This document shows positions 25,858-37,100 of a stretch of DNA of 64,000 bases, piece by piece. Location of the stretch: the NCBI GenBank assembly GCA_046563655.1, contig CM102285.1:15004001-15068000 (forward strand), in the 5' to 3' direction. Every line of letters begins with the position of its first letter. Position 1 is the stretch's first letter. The DNA comes from Yuukianura sp. NJ FZ-2021. Taxonomy: Eukaryota. The translations under genes and the position numbers were made by a program. The notes below the pieces were generated by a model. That model worked only from the letters and a program-made list of their open reading frames with translations, was not told the origin of the DNA and did no database searches.

Positions 25858-28476
25858 TCAAACCGATTTTTTAAACAAGTTTCGAAAATCGTCATTGGAC
25901 AACGGTTTCTTGAACTCAGCGCTGGTGGTATTACTGTTCGAGGTACTAGAAGATGCTGCGGCAGTACTTTCTGTAGAAGGTGGCTGATGCACTTGGAGAG
26001 ATCGTGGCACAAAAGTTTTCGGTGGTCGTCGTTGCGTCTTCTTTTCAAACTTCGGCGGTTTGGGCCTTACGAAAGTAGAACCTCGACTTTCACCGTCGTC
26101 CTGACGCTGATCGCTGGAATTCGGTTTGGGTTGATTGAACTTCTTGATTTTTGGATCTTTGGCGCCATCTTGTTGCCCGGAATCAGTTCTCGGCCTCTTC
26201 CCTTTGCCTTTCTGGAATTTATTCTTAGTCTTGTCCTTCTTCGCTGCAATCGCTTGGACATTAGCTTCGTAGTTTTTGGCTAAGAATTCTCCTATTTTGT
26301 CCTCTGCGTGTTTCAGCATCTTCGGGTCACCGAAGTCCCGCTCAAAGTTGAGCCACAGTTCAGATACAACGTCCAGCCCATCTGACATTACACTCATGGC
26401 CTTCTCCAAACACTTTCGAGTTGAATGGACTTCGCCGTATCGCTGCTCCAGTTGGAAAAATTGGATCCACAATTTGAACTGCTGGCCATAGCCTTTGTGA
26501 AGTGCTTGGTACCAAAGTTTCCTGGACTTGGTCATGGATTTTGTCACGTGAGCTTGGAGTCGAATTCCATACAGAAGAAGTTCACCAATGTAATCTCGCG
26601 GTTCTGGAGTAACTTTAAAAAAAAAAAAGAGTTAAAAAAAGTTAACCGTCAATTAATTTAAGAACTGTAATGATAAATTGGTGTTTTACGTAGGACCAAG
26701 TGCTCCTCAGCTGTGGACAGCGTTTTCATGAACAGTTGGATATCAGCATCTACTGGATCCTGGAACTTTATTCTTCTGCGCAGAAACTGGACGTACTTCA
26801 ACCACAAACTTCCAGCTTGATCTCCAGTTCCACAATACTCCAATCCCCGCTCGAATATGGCTAAATTATCAGAGAAGACTTTTTTAATGTATGAATTTCT
26901 TGAAATGAGAGGTTCGGGGCTCACAGGGCTAAGACAAAGTGAAAAATATTGTGGAAAAATATTAGAATTGAGTAGGATTCGAACCCAAGACTCACTTCAA
27001 TACGGTAAGTGCTCTAACCTTTGAGCTATCGGGCTCCTCTTCGACTATTCCAGGACGAACTTAATTACCAAGGTATTTAAGTTAAAAAAGTTAAAATTTT
27101 TCTTAATTACCTCTGACTTTGTCTTTGACATCTTCGTTGTCACTGTTGAACTTTTCAGTTTCCAGCATCCACTGAGCCCAAATGGAAACATCCCAAGGAC
27201 AATTGCGCGTAGCTCGTTCAGCTACTTCCAGCACTACTGAACCGATTTGCAGAGAATTTGAAGCATAAGTTAAGTATTCCAGCCACAGAGAACTGTCGAG
27301 GGCGTTGTCACAAACTGCTCGTTCGAACAGACCTACAAAAAGAAAATGTATCAAAAAAAAATTTTCCAAAAAAATCTTACGTTTTTTATATTTTCAGTTT
27401 TCATGGGACATACAGACTATCCTGGCTGGATTGCTTTTGTCGCTTTTCTCAAATTCGATGTACTCCCTGTACGCTGCAGCGCTGTTTCCAGCTTCACTCT
27501 GAAAAAAAAACATAAAGTTGTCCTGAATCAGAAAAGTACATTTTTTCAATGAAATTTTTTGTGTTGTGTTTGTGTAGTGTAGTACTTACCAGTTTCGTCT
27601 CCCAGACTTCCAAAGTTTTAAGCTTTTGACCAGCATTTTTGTAGTTCCGTTCTGTAGCTTCATCGATATCAAAAATATCTTTGACACTTTCATAAGTCTT
27701 TTCCATTCCAACCAGAGGAACTCCCAGTTGACGAAAGGACAGTGACATACAGCGCAGTTTCTGTTCTTCAGTGCACTCACTGTCTGAAGCTAAAAGTTCC
27801 AGTTCAAACTCCCTGTAAGCATCCCAAAGAACAATTCCTTGAGTAACGTGAAGCCCAACTGCAGCAAGAGCTCGTTCAGCCACGACTCGACATTCGATGA
27901 TCTTCTCTGGGCCCATTTCACGTAAGAACTGAATGTACTCCAGCCAAATCTTGACCGCTAGAACGAAAAAATAGGAACAGTTGAGAAACAATTCGGAAAT
28001 GACAACGATATTTTTGTGTTACACTGATAGTCCTTGACAGCCATCTCGAAAAGGTTGATGATGTCTGACTTCCCGCTGAGATCAGACACGAGGTTGGATT
28101 CGTCGTGTATCCAAGCTAACCAAAGTTCTGGAGTGAGTGGATACAGTTTGCTTAAGGTTCCTCGAGTTGTCCGCAGTTCTTTCAGTTCTCCCATACTTCT
28201 CAGTATTTCTATTTTCTCAACAAGCAGCTCGTAAGAATTGGGTTGATTACTGATCTATTGAATAGAAATACGTGTCAGAGTAAGAAATGATAGATCAGAA
28301 ATGTAAAAGTTAAGTGGACCAACCTGTTCATTTATCGTATCGAGTTTTCTACGCATGGCTTCGTCTTGTTCGTCCATTTCTATGTCTTCTTCATCGGATG
28401 AACTTGAAGAACAATCTGACCCGCTGTTGGATACGTCGTCTTCCCCTGGTATCGGCTGATCATCTTCATCTTCCAT
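25858..28476 (-). CDS. SART3: SART3/p110/Prp24-like U4/U6 recycling factor, 661 aa, apparently lacking RRMs
   Basis: Exons 28476-28324, 28254-28023, 27957-27590, 27498-27414, 27332-27111, 26860-26690, 26612-25858 total 1986 nt in frame. Acidic N-terminus; HAT repeats (YPLTPELWLAWI, ERALAAVGLHVTQGIVLWDAYREFE, ERATRNCPW); C-terminal LSm-interaction motif SNDDFRNLF. Confidence 0.88.
26966..27036 (-). pseudogene. tRNA-derived remnant (SINE head or tRNA pseudogene) in a SART3 intron
   Basis: The minus strand reads gagcccgaTAGCTCAAAGGttagagc...GGTTCGAATCCtac, with A and B boxes at tRNA spacing, but the acceptor and anticodon stems do not pair convincingly. Confidence 0.55.
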
Positions 28477-28872
28477 TCTTACAATGTGGTTGTGTAAACT
28501 GAAGTTCAGTTAAAGACAAAAACAAAATTAGGGAAGAGTTAAACATGATTTAATTTATAATCCAAATATGTATGTTAAATCAATGAGTTAATTGTTCTTA
28601 CCACAGTCGCGAGCCAGGCCAGACATTAATCAGTTAAATTCAAAAATTCAATTAACGGCACTTTGTTTATCGGTGTGGTCGTGGTGTGCGTCCGGGTTTT
28701 TGTTTTGCTAATTTGCATAAATTCGAATGAGTTCAAAAATTCAAACCGACAAAGTTCCCGCCAGTGAAGAAAAATCGAAGCCTTTAAGTATATTTGTCGG
28801 TTGACGTAAACCCAGATTGCACTTGTTGTAATCATATCCTATACTATAACTGTAAAACTATCATACGGATAG

Positions 28873-29064
28873 GTGTTGCTGGATGGATAAAATATTTCGC
28901 CCACTCTCTTCGGAAGTAGTGGATATATTCTTATTTTATTGGTTTCTTTCTGACAAAACTTAATTTCTTCCATCGAAGGCTAGATTTTATCCGGATTTGG
29001 TTTTATCCATTTATCCAGTAGATGTAACCTGGGTGAAATGCAAAGTAGTGGATATCCATCAACA
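28873..29064. mobile_element. Short MITE-like element between SART3 and U1-70K
   Basis: Ends gtgttgctggatggata and tatccatcaacac are imperfect inverted repeats. It shares ggat(a/g)gataaaatatttc and agtggatatcca with 16749-16886. Confidence 0.55.
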
Positions 29065-29554
29065 CTATACACTAGGTAGTTACAATGCTTTCTCACTTTA
29101 AAAGACGTACATCTTGTGGTTTATGTAGCTAGTGTGACCCTACATCGGGTGGATACCGATACCGGATGGATAAAAGCTTTGGCGCCAGCATTTACATTGT
29201 GCGATTACAAGGAATGCAATTTGAGCTTACACTTACCTACTGATCCGTGTCGATCCGATACCGAAGTAAGGTTTACGGTAGGCGGCACCTATAGTAGACA
29301 CGGCATCAGGGGGATCTTTTTGTTTCTCATTCTCAATTTTCAATTCAATTGAATTTATTTAACATCGTTTTTACGTTTTCCTCAGTGTAATTACTTTTTA
29401 AAAGTTAAGTCATCGTCGATTAGTGAATCCTGGCTACAACTAACCATCAGGAAAGGACAGGGAAAGAGCTGATCAACGTTACTGCGTTTCTACATCGACC
29501 ATTCGATCAGCTGACTGGGTTAATTAACTTCATAAGAGATCATAGAAGATAAAG

Positions 29555-32425
29555 ATGACCCAGTTCCTTCCGCCCAATCTGCTCGCCCTCTTTGCAGCCA
29601 GAGACCCCATTCCATACCTCCCTCCTGTCCAACGCCTGAGCCACGAGAAACGAACAACAGGATACACTGGAGTCAGTGACTATCTCGACTACTTTGAGGT
29701 ATTTCAACCGTTTACTCTTACTAAATACTTGATTCTTACTTTGATTAATCACTCAAATTACTTTTCAGACTGGTCCACCACCACCCCGAGAAAAGTATGA
29801 AACGAAAGAAGAGAGACTGGAAAGGAGGCGACGGGAGAAGCAGGAACAAGTGACGTATAAACTGGAACAGGAAATTGCCATGTGTAAGCGGATGGATTTC
29901 GATTAATAATTAAGCAGAGATACGCGAGCTATTAATGTAACTTTTGTTACTTTGCAGGGGACCCTGCTGCCAATGAGAAGGCAACATCAGATCCTTTCAG
30001 AACGATATTCGTCGGAAGAGTTGTAAGTTACTCATCATCTCATCCGTAATCGGTCCAGTTCATACTTTATAATAATCGTTCTTCGTTTTCCAGAACTATG
30101 ATACTACTGAGAGCAAGCTCAAGAGAGAATTTGAAGCGTACGGAGATATCAAGAAGGTATCCAAGTCTATCTGGCGATTCGATAACTAGTTACTTACTTT
30201 ACATTCAAAATCCAGTCTGATACTATTTTGATTTTTAGATTGTCATTGTGAAGGACAAGAAAACGTCAAAGCCACGAGGGTATGCATTTGTGGAATACGA
30301 ACATGAGAGAGACATGCACTGTAAGTATATCCCAAAAGTACTGCCAGTATCCAGTATCATTTGTCTTTCAGCTCAACTCACAAATGTCCCAATACTTCCC
30401 TCCACTAGCAACTTCATAGCTAAAAGATGCGCATTTCAGTTCTTCTCCACCTTTTACAAATTCATCAGCGCATATTTTCATAGTAGTTTAAATCATTAGC
30501 CGCGCCCAACTTGGTTCGCTCAGGTAAAAACCATGAGGTAAAAATAGCGAAAATGTTGCGGTTAAAAGGTAAAAATTGTTTCATTGTGGATCCGTCACTC
30601 TGCAAACAAGGCGAAAAATAACGGTAATCGATTGACTTGTGTGTGGAAGGTAAAAATGGTAAACACTTTTCAATTTTTCGTTTTTTGAAATATTTTGGCA
30701 GAGGGGTAACTGCCGTGTTTTAACTTTTAACTTTTAGTAAAAGTTTCGTTGAGCTTGGTAAGCCAACAAACTTTTTTTTAACTTTGTGCGTTCAACGTTT
30801 TCTTGAATTCCTTTCTCGGGTAAGTCAGAGAAAAAGCCGAAGTCACTTTCCGAGACAATCCGAATTTAAATTTTCCACAAAAGTAAGTAAGTGTTAAGGG
30901 TAAGTTGGTAAGTTTCAAATTAACTGAACCAACAGAAAAACGGTTTAAAAACAAACATAGCATAGGGTGTCCCCACTTCCATTTTTCATAGTTAATTTCT
31001 TAAAAATTTCCAAAATTGAATGATTGATCCAACTTTTCCTCTGCCGTTATAGGTTACCATCCATAAGACACAACTTCACCCGTGCGAGCTAGTAATTTTC
31101 GGTAGGTTGATGTCAAAACAAACAGAAAAATCGGGTTTTCTAAAATTAGAGTTTTTTTTTTAAGTTTCATTTCAGGGGCTTTTGAAACTTACCTCTTCAA
31201 AAGTTCCTGAGCTTTCTATTATTCTTTTGGAGTTTTAAAAAAAACTTGAAAGTTTTTGGAAAAAGTTAGAAAAGTTAATGCCAAACATGTTTGGAAAATG
31301 GAAACCATATTGGAACCTTAACGTTTTTTGGTAGAACCTTTTGCTTGGTTCATGCGCGTACAATTTATACTGACGAAAAAGATGCGCATAGATTCGGAGC
31401 CTTTTTGTTTCGTATAATTTGATTTTGGCCTAATTTCATTTTTGTACTTTTAGCTGCCTACAAACATGCTGATGGGAAGAAGGTCGACGGAAAACGAATT
31501 TTAGTGGACGTGGAACGTGGCCGAACTGTCAAGGGATGGCTACCAAGACGATTAGGTAAGTGAGATTAATCGATTAATACCATGAATTAATCGATTAACG
31601 ACATTTTAAAATAGTGAAATGATGACTTTACCGTATTTTGAATTTTAGGTGGTGGTTTGGGCGGAACTCGACGAGGAGGTCCAGACGTCAACGTCAAAAT
31701 CTCAGGACGCGAAGATCCAGATCGAGAGCGGTTCCGGGACGAAAAGAGCCGTGATGACCGTCGCGAGAGCAGGAGAGACCGTGACAGATCCAAGGATCGG
31801 AACGGTTCGATCGACCGAGATCGGAGGGACCGCCGTCGTGAAGATCGTGTTGCTCGGAATCCCGACCGTGATCGAGACAGAGAGCGACCGCGTGAGCGTG
31901 ACAAAGACAAGGAGAGCAGGAAGCGTCGTCGATCACGTTCGAGAGACAGAGTTCCAGAGGAAGAGGAGGAGAGGTCAAGGAAGAGGTCACGGTCACGTGA
32001 GAAGAAAAGACACAGGGATCGATCCAAGGACAAGGAGAAGAAGAGGGACAGAAGAGACAAGGATCGAGACCGGTAAACAGTCACTTTTCGCAATTTTCAA
32101 AAAAAATATTTTGTAAAAAATTCTGGTTTTGACTAATTTTTAATTTTTTGACTTTTTGCAGCGATCGAAGTGACAGAAAAGAACGGAAGGTGAAGACGGA
32201 AAAGAATTTTAAAGACGATGACGACGAGTTGAACGAAAACGGTTCTCACGTTCGAATCAAACAGGAACCAATGGATGACGGTAGTTTTGAAAAACTATTT
32301 ACAAAAACATTTTGACTTTTTTTTTCTGAAATTTTGATTTTGCAGAGTACGGAGGCTATGACGATGGATACAATGACTATGGCCATGGAGGTGACGAACC
32401 TTACGTGAAGCAGGAGGGGGAGTAA
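29555..32425 (+). CDS. SNRNP70: U1 snRNP 70 kDa protein
   Basis: Exons 29555-29698, 29769-29883, 29958-30022, 30094-30156, 30239-30320, 31454-31555, 31649-32072, 32162-32280, 32346-32425. [25 protein letters not shown] with [45 protein letters not shown] and an RD/RS-rich tail. Confidence 0.97.
30372..30913 (+). promoter_or_regulatory. Putative stop-containing cryptic exon plus donor-site cluster in the long U1-70K intron
   Basis: Acceptor ttgtctttcag ending at 30371, in-frame TAG at 30497-30499, and about 13 GTAA donor-like motifs between 30524 and 30913. Confidence 0.65.
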
Positions 32426-32519
32426 ATAAGATTCTTGATTTAGCCAACATCTTTTGTAAGTTTTAGTAAGTTGAGTGCAGGATTTCAAACAAATGATGTT
32501 TAAAAAACAAAAGATATCG

Positions 32520-32617
32520 GTACACTTTTTTCCAATTTCACAACATTTCGTTTGCTGTTGTCAATTTTTAATCGATTCTCCCATAAATTCTAATGCTAAA
32601 GGAAGAAAAATATAATT
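32520..32617 (+). repeat. Direct repeat copy 1 (~100 bp), left of the unassigned gene
   Basis: gtacactttttt(t)ccaatttc(a/t)caacatttcgtt...ttgtcaatttttaatcgatt...gaaaaatataa recurs at 33861-33962. Confidence 0.85.
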
Positions 32618-32854
32618 TATCTTGTGGCATTGTATTCTTGCTTCTATATAATGGTTGATGTGTTTGAAAATGAAGGGCGGGAAACCATATTCACAATTCA
32701 GAACAGTTTTTTCTCTTGTCTTCCTTTCCTTCTCCTTTTTTTGACTTTGACATTTATTGCGAAAGCTCACTCACGAACATTTGGATAACAGTTATCCGAT
32801 AACTGTACAACTTGTGTCACAAAAGTCCCATTTCTTGCATCTGATTTAAATAAA

Positions 32855-33697
32855 ATGGATAGTAGTCACCTTTACTCGTCTGGCCTGTCGGTGGACCTTC
32901 TGGAGAGCTTTAGACAACTTTGCGACGAGAGAAGAAATAAGCGACAACGGGTAATCATGGCGGCCGAAGCCGAAGCTCAGCAGGAAATTGAACCTACATT
33001 GTTTCTCTTGAGAGACCTCAAGATCCGGGGAGTAGATTTGTCACATGCTCTACGCGGATCTTATACCAAGTTTTTAGCAATCGTTGAGAGGGATGGATGT
33101 ACGGGTGAGAACGTCATTAAGTTCTACAAGGGGAGAGAAGATCTTTCAGCCCTCAGGTCGAATCTGCGAAAACCTCGATATATTCCGAAGGGGTAAACGA
33201 GAGCGGAATGTCGCTTCACTAAAGTGAATAATATTTAAACTGAAGAATGAGATGACGTAATGGTATTAAATATGGTTACAGGATCAATCATTCATGGTAC
33301 TACATCAAGCGATCGACAGTTGTGGAGGAGGAGGAGTTCATGATGCTCAGTTCGGATACTGAAGGAAAAGATATCAAGACACTTATGTATTCTATTGTCA
33401 TCACTGATGCCGATCACACCTCGGCACAACTGGTATTTGATGATCTGGGTGAAAAGAGCAAAGTTGCAGCCCTGCTCCGTGAGAAGGTCATCCAGGCTCA
33501 ACGAGAACCGTAAGCGTGAAACATTTGCACGAGTCAAGGCATATTAAGTAGCACTTTTGTAAATTCCTTTATTCAATTTGAGCAGAATGAGCAGTGGTGA
33601 GGAGGCAGGAGATTCCGAGGGAGGATCTGATGCTGGGAGTGAAGTTTCAAGTGCCAATTCTTCAATGTCGCCGCCACCTCCACCAGTTACTCCATGA
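32855..33697 (+). CDS. Hypothetical 225-aa protein, three exons, no family recognised
   Basis: Exons 32855-33192, 33282-33509, 33586-33697 splice in frame through GT-AG introns (678 nt). The start context is aaaATGg, and a GGCGGGAA motif lies at 32676. The C-terminus is Ser/Gly/acidic and ends SPPPPPVTP. Confidence 0.65.
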
Positions 33698-33860
33698 CAA
33701 CTTCCCGCTTCAGCTCAATGATGATAAATCTTCTACTCTATTTCTAGGCAAAATACTCCTTTATTACCTTCGGTTGTGTGTGTGTGTCTTCATCCCCTAC
33801 GTAAATAAGTCTGATTAGTGGTCACTTACAACTTTTTCGAATTTCAAGGTCAGTTAAAAA

Positions 33861-33962
33861 GTACACTTTTTTTCCAATTTCTCAACATTTCGTTGTTTTT
33901 TTTGTCAATTTTTTAATCGATTTCCCCAAAAGTTGTAATCCTAAGTGGAAAAAATATAAATT
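33861..33962 (+). repeat. Direct repeat copy 2 (~100 bp), right of the unassigned gene
   Basis: Diverged copy of 32520-32617 in the same orientation. Confidence 0.85.
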
Positions 33963-34117
33963 CAAACTGTCTTAGATCTGAGTCTAGTCACTTCACTCGA
34001 AACGAGCGAAAAAATTTAGCAATTCACATGAAATTTTGGAAGTTTCAAAAGTTCAGTGCGTTTCAAAAGTTTTGCAAAACTTTTATTCAAAAGTTGCAAA
34101 ATTTTGAAACATTTTTT

Positions 34118-37100
34118 TTACAAGTGTGATTTAGTTTCGTGGCGATAGAAGTTGATTTTGGTTTCGGAATTGAAGTGATGCGTGTCATGTCCAATGCCAT
34201 TGTGACTTCCAGCGTTGCGCAGACCATCGCGAATCATGTTACCAAAATCCACGTGAACTTGTGAAAAGTTCTTGATCGCTCGTTCCTGGATAAAGGTCTC
34301 TGTATTTTTTAAACTTGCCACAATATTGTCAACCAATCGCTGCCTCTCTTCTGGTTTCAGCACCTTCGTCCAGAAAATCGTCACTTGAGAGAAGTTGTCT
34401 TCATCTGCCGAGTCGTACCGGTCCACTTCTCCACTCAAATGAAACTTTCCGACTTGTGCTTCACGACTTTCCTCCGAACCGCTGAACGAACTTGGAAAAT
34501 AGTTTGGAGCTCCGCCCCTTTGTGGACCATGTGCTGCCCAAAGCAGTCTCGAAGTATTGTTGACCTCAATTGATTTCTGCGGAGAGTTGACCGGGAGATT
34601 AGCAAAGGCCGGGCCAAGTCGATGTCTCTGAGTGTCCAAGTAGGAGAAGAGGCGACCTTGAAGCATCTTGTCCGGCGACGGCTCGATTCCTGGCACGAGA
34701 TTGGCTGGAGAAAAAGCCAGGGCCTCAACATCATTGTGGTAGTTCGTTGGATTTCGATTGAGAACCAACTTTTAAAAAAATTAAATTAAAACTTCGAGTT
34801 ATATTGCACAACCTGGTGTGGAGAAAGTTTTTTTTTGTTTACGAACCTTGCCCACGGGGAGTAACGGAAAGTCTCCTTGTGGCCAAACTTTAGTGAGGTC
34901 AAATGGATTGAATTTGACCTTTTGTGCTTGGTCAAAGGTCATGACCTGAAGAAACATTGTCCAGGATGGGAAGTTTCCAGTGGCAATGGCATTGTAGAGG
35001 TCATGGAGAGAGTAGTCTGGATCATCAGCTGATAGGCGATGAGCAACATCAGCTGGGAGGTTTCGGATGCCCTGATTGGTCCGCATGTGGAACTTGCAGT
35101 AAACCGGTTCGCCTGAGGCGTTGACCATTTTGAATGTATGACTTCCATAACCGTGCATGTGACGAAAACCGTCCGGAATTCCACGGTCGGAGAACAAAAA
35201 GCAAAACTGGTGAGTCGTTTCGGGTCGCAGAGTTTGAAAATCCCAGACCATGTTGGGATCCTGTGAAAACGCAAGTTAGCCGAATCTCAACCCAGTTTCA
35301 ACTCAGTTTTTTTTTGTGTTTTAACATAGTTTTAACTTAAGTTAATTTTCGTTTTAACCTTACTTTGAGATGTGTTTGTGGATTTCGTTTTTGCGTGTGG
35401 ATGAAACTGGGGAAGAGGATTGGATCCCGAATGAAGAAAATGGGTGTGTTATTTCCAACGAGATCCCAGTTACCGTCTTCCGTGTAAAACTTGGTAGCGA
35501 ATCCACGCGGATCTCGAACGGTATCCGCCGAACCGGATTCTCCACCTACAGTTGAAAACCGTACCGCAATTGGAGTTTTCGTTCCGAGCCGAAACACCTT
35601 GGCTTTCGTGTACTTGGAAATGTCATGAGTCGGTTCGAAGTAACCGAAGGCTCCAGCACCCTTCGCATGGACAACCTGCAGAAAACGAACGCACTCTTCT
35701 AAACGGTCTAAAATTTCGAAGATTTTATGAAATTTTAAACTTTTTTTCTTCAATTTACTCTCTCCGGAATTCTTTCACGGTCGAAGTGTGCCAAGTGCTC
35801 GACGAGATTTGTGTCCTGCAACAGGATTGGTCCACGCGGTCCGACCGTCAAGGACTTTGTAACTGTAGGAACTTTGGCTCCAAATGCATTCACTACTGCT
35901 CCGTGTTTCTAAAAAAAAATCAAAAAATTGACATTTTTTGAAAAACAACTTCGAAAAAGTTTTGTAAGAAATTATGTATTTGTGACCTCGTTACGTAACT
36001 TCTTGATTGTCACAATTACGAAAGGTCACAGAAGGTCAACTTATCTTTGAGTCAAAGTCAGCTTCAAAACTTAGTATTACTTAACATCTACATTAAAATC
36101 ATGCTTAGGTAAGCAAGTACACAGAGAAAGGTCAGCAAGGTCAGCATTCACATCGCATTTCATAACTGTCAACTGCGTACTTAAAATTTTCCGAAATTAC
36201 GAAATTCTTCTAGAACATTTTCAAAAAAACGCAATTTGGTGTTAAATGTTTCACTTCTGCTAAACATCCACACCATTTTATTTATTAAGTATCGTCAGAT
36301 ACTTTTAGGGATCGTAATGTCCGTCTGTCCGTCCGTCCGTCTGTCCGTCCGTCTGTCCGTCCGTCTGTCCGTCTGTCCGGCCGTCCGTATACTAGCCACA
36401 ACATCTCTGGAACCGCTGGACCGATTTTCAATCTGTCTTTACAGATGAACTTGACATTGTCCAGGGATGATTTATCGGTGTCCAGCTTGACCGGAAGTTG
36501 TCCAGGTTCGGGTCAAAGGTCAAGGTCAAATACATTTTTGACGGAAATCGGGAAAGTCACCCTTATAAAAGTTGTACGTCTCATCGAGACGAACAACTTT
36601 TGTATAAGTGACCTTGACCTCTGACCCGGGGCTCTGGAGATATAGGCCTTACAAGTTGCATTATGGCGAGGCTCATGCAATTCGCGTCTATAACTCCAGA
36701 ACCACTGGACCGATTTTCAATCTGTCTTCGCGGTTGCGGTTCACATGTACCAGGGGTGTATAATCAGTGTCCAGCTTGACCGGAAGTTGTCCAGGTCCGG
36801 GCCAAAGGTCAAGGTCAAGTACTCTATTGACGGAAATCGGAAAAATTACCTCTACAAAAGTTGTGTATCCCATTGTGCTGAACAACTTTTGTAAAGATGA
36901 CCTTGAGCTTTGATCTACGTTTCCAGAGATACAGACGATAGAAGTTGCAAAATGGCGTCCCTCGTCCTAGTCGGGGAAGCATGACCTACTTTATGTTTTC
37001 TCCCGAGTCTGTCTGTCTGTCTGTCTGTCCGTCTGCCTGTCTGCACAATAGTGTCAAAGGTCAAGGTTATGCTTTCTTTACAATACGGAAACGGATGGAC

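Noticed and set aside
26966..27036. Functional tRNA gene
   Set aside because: A and B boxes are present, but the acceptor and anticodon stems do not pair. Kept only as a tRNA-derived remnant.
31587..32116. Long antisense and alternative-frame ORFs over the U1-70K RD/RS exon
   Set aside because: They are shadow ORFs of a repetitive purine-rich coding exon.
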